A stretch of 64,000 bases of DNA from Lama glama. Lineage: Eukaryota. The position numbers and the translations under genes were made by a program. Below, piece after piece: positions 63,460 through 64,000 of the stretch. The notes under the pieces are model-generated. The model was not told the DNA's origin and made no database searches. It saw only the letters and a program-made list of their open reading frames with translations. The stretch covers positions 7,504,001-7,568,000 of the forward strand of contig CM052817.1 of the NCBI GenBank assembly GCA_028534125.1, written 5' to 3'. Positions within the stretch are counted from its first letter, which is position 1, and each line of letters opens with the position of its first letter.

Positions 63460-64000
63460 AAACCATGTACATGTATTTTTTTTTAATTTTTACTTTGAGT
63501 ACATCGAACATGAGGGGATCAAATCCCCTTTTACACCTTGATAAATTTTCACAAAGGGAGCATGATAAAATAACCACCAGACAGATGAAGAAATACTTAT
63601 TGACACCCAGAGACCCCCTTCTTTCTCTCAGCCAGTTACTAACCCCCCCTCCTAAAATATAGCCCCTTTTCTGACTTTCAATACCATAGATTAGTTCAAT
63701 TTGTGTTTGAATACAAATGATACCATACACTATTTAGCTTTTTTGTTCAACATTAAGTATGTAAGCTTCATTTATTTTTACAAGTGTGTAGAATTTCATT
63801 ACATGAATATGACAACATTAATTTATCCTTTCTACTGTGGTTAGGCACTACAGTGGTTCCCAGTCTGGTGACTTTATAACACTGCTATGAACACTCTTGA
63901 ACATGTTTTTTTGGTGTATATAAGCAAATATTTCTGTTGATGACTGAAATTGTGGGGGTATAGGGTGTGCCCACATTTGAAGCTAAAAGATTCACACACA
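63460..64000 (-). mobile_element. L1ME-like 3' fragment
   Basis: ctgactttcaataccatagattagtt...ataacactgctatgaacactcttgaacatg. Confidence 0.75.

Noticed and set aside
1..64000. Prokaryotic-type systems (CRISPR arrays, operons, rRNA/tRNA genes)
   Set aside because: Sequence is mammalian and repeat-rich; no regularly spaced repeats, gene-dense ORFs or structural RNA genes were seen

Overview
Eutherian mammal genomic DNA, essentially intergenic/intronic and mostly made of interspersed repeats (L1, L2, MIR, MaLR/ERVL/ERV1 LTRs, hAT and Tc-mariner fossils). Family names are by-eye recognition from remembered consensus sequences and boundaries are approximate. The youngest insertions are cetartiodactyl-type L1 3' ends; I see no Alu, SINEC, ERE, PRE1, Bov-tA/BovB or CHR SINEs, which tentatively suggests a camelid. 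No complete protein-coding gene is visible. The only plausible coding piece is a candidate terminal exon at 1844-1993 (+), which I could not identify. A 500-N assembly gap (39125-39624) lies inside a young L1. The most notable non-repeat signals are three near-consensus CTCF motifs in convergent/divergent arrangement (10.1, 50.05, 55.5 kb), a perfect DR4 nuclear-receptor element in an AGGTCA cluster (~60 kb), a CpG-rich TATA-containing region at 61.6-62.8 kb, a diverged ~130-bp module present twice (22.9 and 27.1 kb), and a decayed retroviral env TM region (41.2-41.5 kb). I did not find evidence for a genuinely new biological system; the findings are leads to test.
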